64,000 bases of DNA. Source: Clostridia bacterium (lineage in GTDB: Bacteria; Bacillota; Clostridia; Oscillospirales; CAG-382). Of this stretch, positions 18,566-26,687 are shown one piece after another; the stretch's first letter is position 1, and the number at the start of each line of letters is the position of its first letter. Both the position numbers and the translations under genes were made by a program. The notes below the pieces were generated by a model. It saw only the letters and a list, made by a program, of their open reading frames with translations. It was not told where the DNA came from and did no database searches. Where the stretch lies: positions 24,005 to 88,004 of the forward strand of contig JAGAKP010000060.1 in NCBI GenBank assembly GCA_017625615.1, in the 5' to 3' direction.

Positions 18566-19867
18566 TTAAATAATATCGTTCTTGATTATATCCTCGTAGG
18601 TCTCCCGTCTTACAATAACCTTTTTTTCGCTTCCCTTTACCGCAACCATAGCGGGACGGGGAATACGGTTATAATTGCTTGCCATAGAGTAGTTGTAGGC
18701 GCCCGTTGCGAGAACTGCCAGCGTATCGCCAACGTTCACCTCGGGAAGGGGTACGTTTTCCTGAATAATATCGCCGGATTCACAGCATTTTCCCGCAATG
18801 GTGACCTTCTTTACGTTTTCCTCGTTTGCCTTGTTTGCCAGCACCGCAGAATATTTCGATCCGTACATAATATATCTGGGATTATCGCTCATACCGCCGT
18901 CAACGGATACGTATGTGCGCACGTTTACGATATCCTTTACACAGCCTACCGTATAAAGGGTTATTCCCGCCTCTGCCACGATAGATCTGCCCGGCTCAAA
19001 AACAAGGAAGGGAAGGGTCATTTTTCTTTGCTCCGCAACCTCCTTTACCGTTTCTATCGCCGCCTTTACGTAGTCCACGGGCGCAAGGGGATCGTCACCC
19101 TCAACGTACTTTATGCCGAATCCGCCGCCCAGATTGAGTATCTTGGGGTCAAGACCGAGAGTGTCGCGGAGATCAGCCACGAAGTTCATCATTACTTTCG
19201 CCGCCTCGCAGAAGGGAGTTACGTCGAATATCTGCGAGCCGATATGGCAGTGCACGCCGTCAACGGATACGTTTTTAAGGGTAGAAGCGTACTTGTGTAT
19301 TTCGTATGCCTCGCCGTTTTCAAGTGCAACGCCGAATTTCGAATCTATCTGTCCCGTTCTTACAAAATCGTGGGTGTGAGCGTCAATACCGGGCTTTATG
19401 CGGAACAGTATGGGCTGTACCGCATTTCTTTTTGCGGCGGCTTGGTTTACTCTGTCAAGCTCGTATATGTTGTCCACCACGATATGACCAACGCCGCAAT
19501 CCATAGCAAGCTCAATCTCATCGTCGGTCTTGTTGTTTCCGTGGAAAAACACCTTTTCCATGGGAAAGCCCGCTTTTTTAAGGGTGTATATCTCGCCGCC
19601 GGAAACCACGTCGGCACCCAAGCCCTCCTCGGCGGCAACGCGGGCGGTGTACATCGTGCACAGCGCCTTGCTTGCGTAAAGGGCAAGTCCCTTTCCGCCG
19701 TAATATTCATCAATTGCATTTTTGTATCCGCGGCAGTTTTGGCGTACCTTGTCTTCGTCAAGCACGTAAAGAGGCGTGCCGAATTCCTTTGCCAATTCCA
19801 CGGTATCGTGGCTGCCTATGCAGAGACGTCCCTGCTCGTTTACTGTAAGATTATCGGAATTAAACAT
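18566..19867 (-). CDS. lysA: diaminopimelate decarboxylase
   Basis: 433 aa. Motifs LNLGGGFGIKY and CESGD. Confidence 0.93.
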   Translation of the reverse strand: MFNSDNLTVNEQGRLCIGSHDTVELAKEFGTPLYVLDEDKVRQNCRGYKNAIDEYYGGKGLALYASKALCTMYTARVAAEEGLGADVVSGGEIYTLKKAGFPMEKVFFHGNNKTDDEIELAMDCGVGHIVVDNIYELDRVNQAAAKRNAVQPILFRIKPGIDAHTHDFVRTGQIDSKFGVALENGEAYEIHKYASTLKNVSVDGVHCHIGSQIFDVTPFCEAAKVMMNFVADLRDTLGLDPKILNLGGGFGIKYVEGDDPLAPVDYVKAAIETVKEVAEQRKMTLPFLVFEPGRSIVAEAGITLYTVGCVKDIVNVRTYVSVDGGMSDNPRYIMYGSKYSAVLANKANEENVKKVTIAGKCCESGDIIQENVPLPEVNVGDTLAVLATGAYNYSMASNYNRIPRPAMVAVKGSEKKVIVRRETYEDIIKNDII

Positions 19868-19959
19868 TTTTTAAAACTTCCTTTTTGGTGTCCAAACGGT
19901 GTTAATAATACATTATAACATAAGCTTTCCCGTATTTCCACATATTTTTTATATAAAGT

Positions 19960-19986
19960 AAAAAAACGTCCGTAAAAAACGGACGG
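19960..19986 (-). terminator. intrinsic terminator
   Basis: CGTCCGT / ACGGACG stem followed by T7 on the minus strand. Confidence 0.75.
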
Positions 19987-19995
19987 TGTGTGCTT

Positions 19996-20361
19996 TTACT
20001 TGTTCATTATCTTTTCGCTCAATGCAATTATCTTATCTGCGTATTTTCTCTTGCGGGAATTAAGCACGCCCTTGTAGATGGGATAATTGATTATCGCCAT
20101 TGCCATACCGATAACGCCGATAACTATTCCGGGCACCATAGGGTCTGCTATGTTTACAGCCGCGCCGATATCCGTCATAACGAGGCTCATACCGCAGCCC
20201 ATAATAATTGCGCTTACCACGCCGAAAATATATGCGAACACGTTAGCGGGCTTTTTTACCTTTGCGTCCAACGCCTTAAGCTCGTCAACGGCGGTGGCGG
20301 TCTTTTCGGTGTACTGAGTGCGTATTTTCCGTACTATAAATTCCTGATCGTTTCTGTTCAT
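19996..20361 (-). CDS. small two-TM membrane protein, unknown function
   Basis: 121 aa. Charged N-terminus, two hydrophobic helices, basic C-terminus. Confidence 0.5.
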   Translation of the reverse strand: MNRNDQEFIVRKIRTQYTEKTATAVDELKALDAKVKKPANVFAYIFGVVSAIIMGCGMSLVMTDIGAAVNIADPMVPGIVIGVIGMAMAIINYPIYKGVLNSRKRKYADKIIALSEKIMNK

Positions 20362-20451
20362 TTTAATTACCTCTTTCTTTATCTTGCGGGTATATTCTAC
20401 TTCCGTCTTGTTTTCGTTTCTTTTAAAAAATGTTTAAGTTTTGTTATTAAT

Positions 20452-20481
20452 AAAAAAATACCGGCCTTTTACGGTCGGTAT
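20452..20481 (-). terminator. intrinsic terminator
   Basis: ATACCGGCC / GGTCGGTAT stem followed by T7 on the minus strand. Confidence 0.7.
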
Positions 20482-20489
20482 TGTTGTAT

Positions 20490-21956
20490 TTATTGATTTT
20501 CGTTTATGGCGTTTACGATCACCGCCGCCATTCTTGCCATTCCCGCAGAATTGGGATGGAGCTTATCTACGGTGAAGGACGCAATATTTTCCGATGTTAT
20601 CCCGCTTTCCGCGTAAAGATCAATAAGGTTTACCCCCATATTCTCCGCCAAAAGCTTTATTGCCGCGTTGTACGGGCTTTCACTGCCGGATACGTCATGC
20701 TTTTCGTCGGGAAGCACGGTACAGCAGTATATCTCCACGCCCTCGTAGGTGCTTTTTACGTTCTGTATCAATTTCCCGTAGGCTTCGCTGAAGGTTGCGG
20801 GGGACGGGGGTGGAGTGGTGGTGCCGTCGTAATCCCCGACCTTTATTCCCGCGCCGAAATCGTTAATTCCCATAAGTATCACCACTATATCGGGCGACGT
20901 GCCCTCCGCCACGTTGTGCAGATTACGGCTTCTCACGTTGTAGGTGTGGGGATCCGTCACCTTGGAGCCCGACCATGAGTTATTCACGCACAGCTCGTAG
21001 CCGATTTCGGTAAATACTCTGTGCCACCAGGTGTCCTCAACGGGCATATTTGCTCCCGCGTAGTTGGTGTTGGGATACCACAAGGCGTTTACGCCGGTGC
21101 TGGGGTTGCGGCTTTTGTTGTTAGACCAGCCTGCATAGGTGGAAATACTGTCGCCCAAAAAGGAAATTGTCTTTTTTCCGTCGTCTATTGAGGGAATGGA
21201 GGTATTATTTTTAATTCCTTCTATTTTAAATATAAGGGAATGGTTGTTGGTTCCCTTGGTATCGAAAACCTTGTTCCAGAAGCCGTGGGTGCCGTCGTTG
21301 CGCAAAAATGCGGGCAGTACAGCCATATCCGTATCGCCGAACGCCAAGGTCTCGTCCGCACCTACGGTAACGTTAAGTCCGCTTACCGTAAGCCAATCTC
21401 CCCTTTTTACGCCGTCAAGCTTGCCGGTGAAATCGAGAATTATCCTTTGGCAGTCCTCTTTTTTTGCGGAAAGATCGGATTTTATAACGTATACGGGCAT
21501 ATAAAGTCCGTCGCTGTCAACGGTATATCCGTCTGCAAGTCCGTAGTAGGGGAAGGATATGCTCGTTATCACCGCGTCGGAAAATGCCGTAGTATCGTAC
21601 AGCGCAAAGGGCGCGTAGGACGCAAGGAAGGGTGAAACGTAGTTTTCCATATACGAGCTGTCAAATAGTATTTCCGTCTTGGGCTCCGCGGGCGCGCTTT
21701 CCTCGGGAACGCTCGTTTCGGGCACACTCGTTTCGGGTACACTCTCTGCGGGTACGCTCTCTTCGGGGCTGCTTTCTTCGGGTACGCTTTCTTCGGTCAG
21801 GCTTTCCTCCGCGCTTTCCTCGGGCGCGCTTTCAGAAAGGGAAGCCTCCTGCTGCTTGCTTTGTTCCTCTGTGCTCATATCTTTAATTTCCTCCGTGCAG
21901 GCAATAAGGGTGAATATAAGTATAAACACCGTCAGTAAGGCTAATATTTTTTTCAT
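20490..21956 (-). CDS. SGNH/GDSL-hydrolase lipoprotein with an acidic PE-rich linker
   Basis: Lipobox (LIFTLIAC), an EESVPEES-type repeat linker, and a C-terminal SFLGDSISTY (GDS) block with a later DxxH-type end. I chose the ATG at 21956, which has an AGAGGTG RBS. Confidence 0.75.
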   Translation of the reverse strand: MKKILALLTVFILIFTLIACTEEIKDMSTEEQSKQQEASLSESAPEESAEESLTEESVPEESSPEESVPAESVPETSVPETSVPEESAPAEPKTEILFDSSYMENYVSPFLASYAPFALYDTTAFSDAVITSISFPYYGLADGYTVDSDGLYMPVYVIKSDLSAKKEDCQRIILDFTGKLDGVKRGDWLTVSGLNVTVGADETLAFGDTDMAVLPAFLRNDGTHGFWNKVFDTKGTNNHSLIFKIEGIKNNTSIPSIDDGKKTISFLGDSISTYAGWSNNKSRNPSTGVNALWYPNTNYAGANMPVEDTWWHRVFTEIGYELCVNNSWSGSKVTDPHTYNVRSRNLHNVAEGTSPDIVVILMGINDFGAGIKVGDYDGTTTPPPSPATFSEAYGKLIQNVKSTYEGVEIYCCTVLPDEKHDVSGSESPYNAAIKLLAENMGVNLIDLYAESGITSENIASFTVDKLHPNSAGMARMAAVIVNAINENQ

Positions 21957-22142
21957 AAAAAACACCTCTTTTTATATAAAAAACAAAAAACGCTGTTTTC
22001 GTAAAAACACAGTGTTTAAAATTAACCCCCAACACGTACAGAATAACACAAATCAAAAGCAATGTCAATACTTTCGTGGGCATTTTCACCACATTCTACG
22101 TAATATACAAAAATATTTAGTGCATTTTGTATATATTGCGTA

Positions 22143-22171
22143 TTGAAAAAAGGGTTCGCGGATGGTATTAT
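22143..22171 (+). promoter_or_regulatory. candidate promoter firing into an ORF-poor AT-rich stretch
   Basis: TTGAAA (22143-22148), 17-nt spacer, TGgTATTAT (22166-22171). Confidence 0.45.
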
Positions 22172-22597
22172 ATAGTCACAGAGAGGGTGATACCAATGTA
22201 CAATCAGTAAGAGATCAAAAAGCTTTAAGTCTTTAAGATCTCCTTTCCAAAAAAGTAAAGAGAAATGCAATTGAAATACCTCCAATTTTAATTGATTTCA
22301 AAAATCGGTTTTGAATTATCCTTCTTTAATAATTTCAGGAAAGCAACAACTTATCCAAGCAAGGAACGATTAATCAGAGTAATTCGTACGACAATTTTCT
22401 TTTAACGCACATAAGTTTTTCTCCGGAGTATATATTCTGCTTTCGATGAAGTAGCCCGATACAGTCACGGAGTTATCTCACTTACGAGAAATTTATATAT
22501 AAATCGGTGTATGCTACCTGAGTTGCTGTTGAAGCAGAAGAGATCCGCATCCTACGAAAGAGAGGTTAAAATGATGTTGGATAATAAGACAGAAAAT

Positions 22598-22643
22598 AAA
22601 TGACCCTTGGTCGATTGTAAAGAAAGTCGATCAAGGGTCATTT
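22598..22643. terminator. strong bidirectional intrinsic terminator
   Basis: 17-nt arms AAATGACCCTTGGTCGA / TCGATCAAGGGTCATTT, with an A-run before and a T-run after. Confidence 0.8.
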
Positions 22644-22651
22644 AGTTTTTA

Positions 22652-22688
22652 CGGGGTCCCCGCAAAACCGAAGGTTTTGTGGGGTGTG
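22652..22688 (+). repeat. intergenic structured repeat, short form (CGGGGTCCCC...GGGGTG family)
   Basis: CGGGGTCCCC GCAAAACC gaa GGTTTTGT GGGGTG. Confidence 0.8.
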
Positions 22689-22758
22689 TTTTGTGGGGTG
22701 TGTTTTGTGGGGTGTATTTGGCAGGGTGTATTTTGTAGGGCGCGTTTTGCACGGTGTT
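22675..22758 (+). repeat. six tandem 14-bp units derived from the 3' arm of the repeat
   Basis: TTTTGTGGGGTGTG x2, then TTTTGTGGGGTGTA, then three degenerate units. The series ends exactly at the -35 box. Confidence 0.85.
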
Positions 22759-22785
22759 GACAAAATCCTATATTGGTAGTACAAT
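22757..22785 (+). promoter_or_regulatory. sigma-A promoter of the 22810 operon
   Basis: TTGACA, 17-nt spacer, TACAAT, followed by a GGAGG RBS. Confidence 0.65.
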
Positions 22786-22809
22786 AATAAAAAGCTCGGA
22801 GGTTGTGTT

Positions 22810-23934
22810 ATGGGACGCTCGTTTAATAATCTGCATATACGAAAAAACGCCGATATGGATTTAAACGCTGTGAAAAACTGCGTGTGTGCCGTATTGCGAG
22901 AAGAGGGATACTCACTTACCGAAGATAGTTCGGATGCCGACGGCTGCTGTGTACTTTCGGATAGTATAGGATCGGCGTGGTTTACCGTTTGTTCTGAGCT
23001 GCTATCCTTTGGCGTTCCCGATGATTTTGCGACGCTTGCAAATACGTTTTCCGCAGCCCTTAACACCGACGTATTGGGTATTGCGTGTTTCGACAGCGAT
23101 GCTTTGTATCTTAATCTTATTAATTGTAACGATAAAACAAACGCTTGGGCAGGGGTAGGAAGCCTTTCCGAATTAGGCATAAAAAGAAGGAACTGCTTCA
23201 ACGCTTGGCGTGATAAAGTAACGGACGCAGCACTGTTTGCCGAGTGTATAAAAAAGAAACATATTTTTGCCGAAGAGACGTTGAATGAGATTGCTCCGCT
23301 TCTTGTGCTGCCTGCGACGCAGAGCGGACTATCCTTTGAGGATGGAGATATTGCCGATTTTTGCGAACGGCTTTATTTCAAAAGAACGGAAGATTGCGGT
23401 AACGTCCTTCTTCCGTCGCTTTCGCTGTTTGAAACTTCCCATATACCCTTTGAAATGGATAAAAGCAGCTACGTTTCATTTATTAACGATGGTGGAGAGT
23501 CCAAGGGCCTATACGTATTTTTCATGGGCGAATACGTTGAAAAGGACGAGATAGTTTTTACCGACGTCAGTATAAATTCTTGTTCCGTAGAACTGGAAAA
23601 AACACTTCTTTCCAATGGCGCGTGGGCGTATACGGCTCACTGCCCCGATATTGAGCTCCCCGCTATAGGAAAGGCGCTAAAAGGAAAATCGCTGGATAAA
23701 AAGAAGTATGAAAGCAGTGTAACGGTCAACTTCGTTCCCCGTGGAAATAAAAGAAAAACGCTGGATATAACCGTCGTTCTCGTCCCCGAAAAGAACTGGC
23801 AGGGTCAGGACTGTTATTATGCTTGGCAAGGTTTTTCTTCCAAAGAAGAATATATTAAAAAGAATAACGAACAAGTGATTGAAAGGGAGCTTCCGTTATT
23901 CTTTCTTATGAATGAAGACGATTACGACTTATAA
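22810..23934 (+). CDS. hypothetical soluble protein (374 aa)
   Basis: Good RBS and coding-like composition. I recognise no motif. Confidence 0.6.
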   Translation: MGRSFNNLHIRKNADMDLNAVKNCVCAVLREEGYSLTEDSSDADGCCVLSDSIGSAWFTVCSELLSFGVPDDFATLANTFSAALNTDVLGIACFDSDALYLNLINCNDKTNAWAGVGSLSELGIKRRNCFNAWRDKVTDAALFAECIKKKHIFAEETLNEIAPLLVLPATQSGLSFEDGDIADFCERLYFKRTEDCGNVLLPSLSLFETSHIPFEMDKSSYVSFINDGGESKGLYVFFMGEYVEKDEIVFTDVSINSCSVELEKTLLSNGAWAYTAHCPDIELPAIGKALKGKSLDKKKYESSVTVNFVPRGNKRKTLDITVVLVPEKNWQGQDCYYAWQGFSSKEEYIKKNNEQVIERELPLFFLMNEDDYDL

Positions 23935-23946
23935 GAGGTGATATTT

Positions 23947-24831
23947 ATGGGAATGTTCAAAAGGGCTATGTCCCACGAAAATAAATGGCGCGGAATCGCC
24001 TTTGCGGTGTGTATGTGTGCCTTCGTTTTATCCGTCTTTTTTCTTATAATGGCTGAAACCGATACCGAGGAGACGGTTTGCTCCGTTATTGCGGGCGTAT
24101 CGGTGCTGTGCGCCATCTGGCTCGACGGATCGAGGAAATCCCTTTTAAGCGGAATAATATCCACGGTTTCTGTATTAATGTTCGCCTTTCCCCGTGTTTT
24201 CGGTTCTTCCAAGGTATTTTTCGCGGTGTTTACGGCGTGGATCTGGCTTCTTATCGGCTACGTTATCGTTTTCGCCATAATCAAGCGCACGGTCAGCTTA
24301 ATGGATATCCCCTTTATGGCTACGCTGACCTTCGCCTTTCAGTTTTTAATGCTCGTATCCTTGGGAAGCAGATTCAGCTATATTGAGTCGGAATCCATCG
24401 GCTTCCCCTTTTTGGTGGCGGATATCATCGGCGCGTTGCTCGTTGCCGCGCTTGTGGGCGTGCTCCTTTTTACGGGCGTTATAAAGCTTAAGCAGGATAA
24501 AGCCATCGAGCGTGTTTCCTTGGTGTTTATGACGGCGCTGCTGGTGCTTTTGTTTGCGGATTTCAGTCTGCGTAATATAAATTACGCCTTTGATACCTCC
24601 GAGCCTGCCTTAATATCCGCAGTGGTGGAAAACAAGCGGGAAAGCAGCAGCCGCAAGGGACCGGATAACTATTATCTTATCGTCACCGTTGACGGAAAGG
24701 AGCTCGACCTCGACGTATCCCTTTCTGAATATCAAAACACCAAAGTGGGCGATACCGTCGGCATTAAAAAATATAACGGCGCTTTTAATAAGCCGTTTTT
24801 TATGCCGGATATAAAAGGCCCCGAGAAATAG
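23947..24831 (+). CDS. polytopic membrane protein with a small C-terminal soluble domain
   Basis: AAGAGGTG RBS 7 nt before the ATG at 23947. About six hydrophobic helices, then a roughly 70-aa tail. Confidence 0.6.
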   Translation: MGMFKRAMSHENKWRGIAFAVCMCAFVLSVFFLIMAETDTEETVCSVIAGVSVLCAIWLDGSRKSLLSGIISTVSVLMFAFPRVFGSSKVFFAVFTAWIWLLIGYVIVFAIIKRTVSLMDIPFMATLTFAFQFLMLVSLGSRFSYIESESIGFPFLVADIIGALLVAALVGVLLFTGVIKLKQDKAIERVSLVFMTALLVLLFADFSLRNINYAFDTSEPALISAVVENKRESSSRKGPDNYYLIVTVDGKELDLDVSLSEYQNTKVGDTVGIKKYNGAFNKPFFMPDIKGPEK

Positions 24832-24832
24832 T

Positions 24833-24876
24833 AATTTACCCCAAGAGCCTTTAGGTATCTTGGGGTAATTGTTTTT
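24833..24876. terminator. bidirectional terminator
   Basis: TTACCCCAAGA / TCTTGGGGTAA stem followed by GTTTTT. The stem shares CCCCAAGA with the repeat family. Confidence 0.7.
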
Positions 24877-24887
24877 CGTGTTGAAAT

Positions 24888-25931
24888 TTATCCGCGTATT
24901 CTTTTCTTTTGCCGTTCTGCTTCCGCTATCGCAGCATCTTCGTCGTTATATCCCCATTCGGATTTTAAGCATAGGATCAGTCTGTCGTAGGTTTCCAACG
25001 CGGCGGAGTTGTCGCCGAGAATTTCGTATATGGTTGCAATGCTATGCAACGCGTCGGTAAATCTCGGCTTGCGATCCTCCTCTGCTTTCCACGATCTCTC
25101 GTAATACTCAATTGCCATTCCGTATTCGCATTTGCGGGCGTGATATTGCGCTTTTTCAAAGAGGAAACCGCTGTCGTCACCAAAGTCATTCAAAGCGGCT
25201 TCCATTATTTCGTCTGCTTTTGCCGCGTCGTATTCAGCGAGAGCGATATACGCTTTATATACTGTGATCAAAAACGGCTTGTGGGCAGGAAGCGTCTTGC
25301 ATATTTCCAAATATTCTGCCGCTTCCTTTGTTCTGCGGTCGGCAATCAGATTATCTATAATGTGGTAGTAGGGAAGCGGTGTTTTCGGAGAAACCGTATC
25401 ACTTTCAATTACTTTTTTGTAAAACTCAATAACCTCGGTGCGGTTAGAACAGTTCCAGTCCCAAGCGACTGCGCCCTCCGCTTTTTGGAGCATCCATTGA
25501 CAATCCTTGATTTCGGGAGCCATTAATATTGCCTGACGGGCGTATTTGCTCACCTTTCTTGCATCCGCTTCCATACGGTGGTGATAAAGCCGTGCGAGCA
25601 TCGACAGTATAGTACGTTTATCGTCGTACTCCTCGAGCATATTTTGCAAAAAGCTTTTGTATTCGTCGAAAACCCCGTCAGAAAATTCAGCCTCGATGTC
25701 CAGACGTCTTTCTATGCGCTGTAGCTTTTGCTCGGCGGTCAGATCAAAAATTTCGTCGATAGTAACGCCGAGCTCGCTTGATAAAAGCGGTAAAAGGGAT
25801 ATATCCGGCATAGTTATGCCCGTTTCCCATTTGGATATGGATTGAGCGCTTACGCCTAACCGTGTTCCAAGCTGTTCTTGCGTAAGCTCTGCTTTTTGCC
25901 GCAGTTGTTTTATTTTATTGCCTATATTCAT
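24888..25931 (-). CDS. XRE-family HTH transcriptional regulator with a TPR-like C-terminal domain
   Basis: N-terminal IKQLRQKAELTQEQLGTRLGVSAQSISKWETG, followed by a roughly 270-aa helical repeat region. Confidence 0.85.
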   Translation of the reverse strand: MNIGNKIKQLRQKAELTQEQLGTRLGVSAQSISKWETGITMPDISLLPLLSSELGVTIDEIFDLTAEQKLQRIERRLDIEAEFSDGVFDEYKSFLQNMLEEYDDKRTILSMLARLYHHRMEADARKVSKYARQAILMAPEIKDCQWMLQKAEGAVAWDWNCSNRTEVIEFYKKVIESDTVSPKTPLPYYHIIDNLIADRRTKEAAEYLEICKTLPAHKPFLITVYKAYIALAEYDAAKADEIMEAALNDFGDDSGFLFEKAQYHARKCEYGMAIEYYERSWKAEEDRKPRFTDALHSIATIYEILGDNSAALETYDRLILCLKSEWGYNDEDAAIAEAERQKKRIRG

Positions 25932-26045
25932 ATTTTGTCCTCGCTTTCGGTGTTTGGGTACCCTTCAACCGGATTATAGCATTTGTGATGCTCTGAAGCA
26001 ATAACGCATATTTCACATCAACTCGCGTGTTTGGAGAAAAATAAT

Positions 26046-26075
26046 CCCGATGCGGTTTAAACCGTATCGGGTTTT
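26046..26075. terminator. bidirectional terminator
   Basis: CCCGATGCGGT / ACCGTATCGGG palindrome flanked by A/T runs. Confidence 0.7.
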
Positions 26076-26080
26076 GTTAT

Positions 26081-26175
26081 CGGGGTCCCCGAGAAGCCGC
26101 AAGGCTTCTTGGGGTGATTATCGGGGTCCCCGAGAAGCTGTAAGGCTTCTTGGGGTGATTTTTATTGGGGTGATT
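26081..26175 (+). repeat. two tandem short-form repeat units plus a partial third
   Basis: The units at 26081-26118 and 26122-26159 read CGGGGTCCCC GAGAAGC(C/T) loop GGCTTCTT GGGGTGAT. The partial TTGGGGTGAT at 26166-26175 lies inside the end of the ORF. Confidence 0.9.
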
Positions 26176-26587
26176 TTTGTATAGCGTAGCTTTTATAAGC
26201 ATCCGATAATTCTTTTGAAAAATCCTTTAATACCGTTTGGTCGATCATATTTTCAAACTTCAGTTCTTGGCGAAAATCGCCCGTGCTGCTTATCAAACCG
26301 CAAACGTATATATGACCTTTTCCGTCGCCCTCAAAAGCTAAATATTGATCTCCAAAGGCCTCTTTTACGGTTGCCGTGCCCTTTAACGATGAGTATATTT
26401 CCGAAAGACGGCTGCAGAAATCCGGCATTTCTTTTATATCAATATCAAATTCCGAATTTCCTTTAAATCCGCCGCTTTCAACGCAAACCTTCATTATCGT
26501 GTTTGAATGAAACCGTATATCGGATTCAAATATTTCAAGCTCAAGCGATAAACAAAAATCACCGTACCGTAAAACGTGAGCGTTCAT
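26162..26587 (-). CDS. hypothetical 141-aa protein (possible immunity-like protein)
   Basis: I chose the start MNAHVLRYG at 26587 because the track N-terminus overlaps the promoter/RBS module. The size and alternating beta-like pattern remind me weakly of WapI-type immunity proteins. This is unverified. Confidence 0.55.
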   Translation of the reverse strand: MNAHVLRYGDFCLSLELEIFESDIRFHSNTIMKVCVESGGFKGNSEFDIDIKEMPDFCSRLSEIYSSLKGTATVKEAFGDQYLAFEGDGKGHIYVCGLISSTGDFRQELKFENMIDQTVLKDFSKELSDAYKSYAIQKSPQ

Positions 26588-26598
26588 ACCACCGCCCC

Positions 26599-26659
26599 TT
26601 TCTGACATCATTATACCACAACTTTGTAAGCCTTGCAAGCGTGTATGAAATCAAGGCGA
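26599..26659 (-). promoter_or_regulatory. promoter/RBS module, copy 1
   Basis: On the minus strand: TTGCAA (26638-26633), 17-nt spacer, TGgTATAAT (-10 at 26615-26610), then GAAAGGGGCGGTGGT and the ATG. The 61-bp block matches 27510-27570 with one substitution. Confidence 0.75.
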
Positions 26660-26687
26660 AAAGGCAATTTCAGGATTGTAAACGAAG

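Noticed and set aside
19868-19995. Lysine riboswitch upstream of lysA, and a T-box or other leader upstream of serC (51862-51994)
   Set aside because: Both leaders are too short (roughly 90-130 nt including promoter and terminator) and lack the conserved L-box or T-box sequence blocks. Only promoters and terminators are visible.
21883-22285. 69-aa and 87-aa minus-strand ORFs in the AT-rich stretch
   Set aside because: They have no RBS, implausible composition and they overlap each other. The region is better described as ORF-poor, as covered in the finding on 22143-22643.
22717-22730. Possible att-type direct repeat of the tRNA-Gln 3' end (TGGCAGGG matches 28956-28963) marking the far island border
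   Set aside because: Only 8 nt match, and the sequence is explained as a degenerate copy of the 14-bp TTTTGTGGGGTGT repeat. No integrase is present to support site-specific integration.
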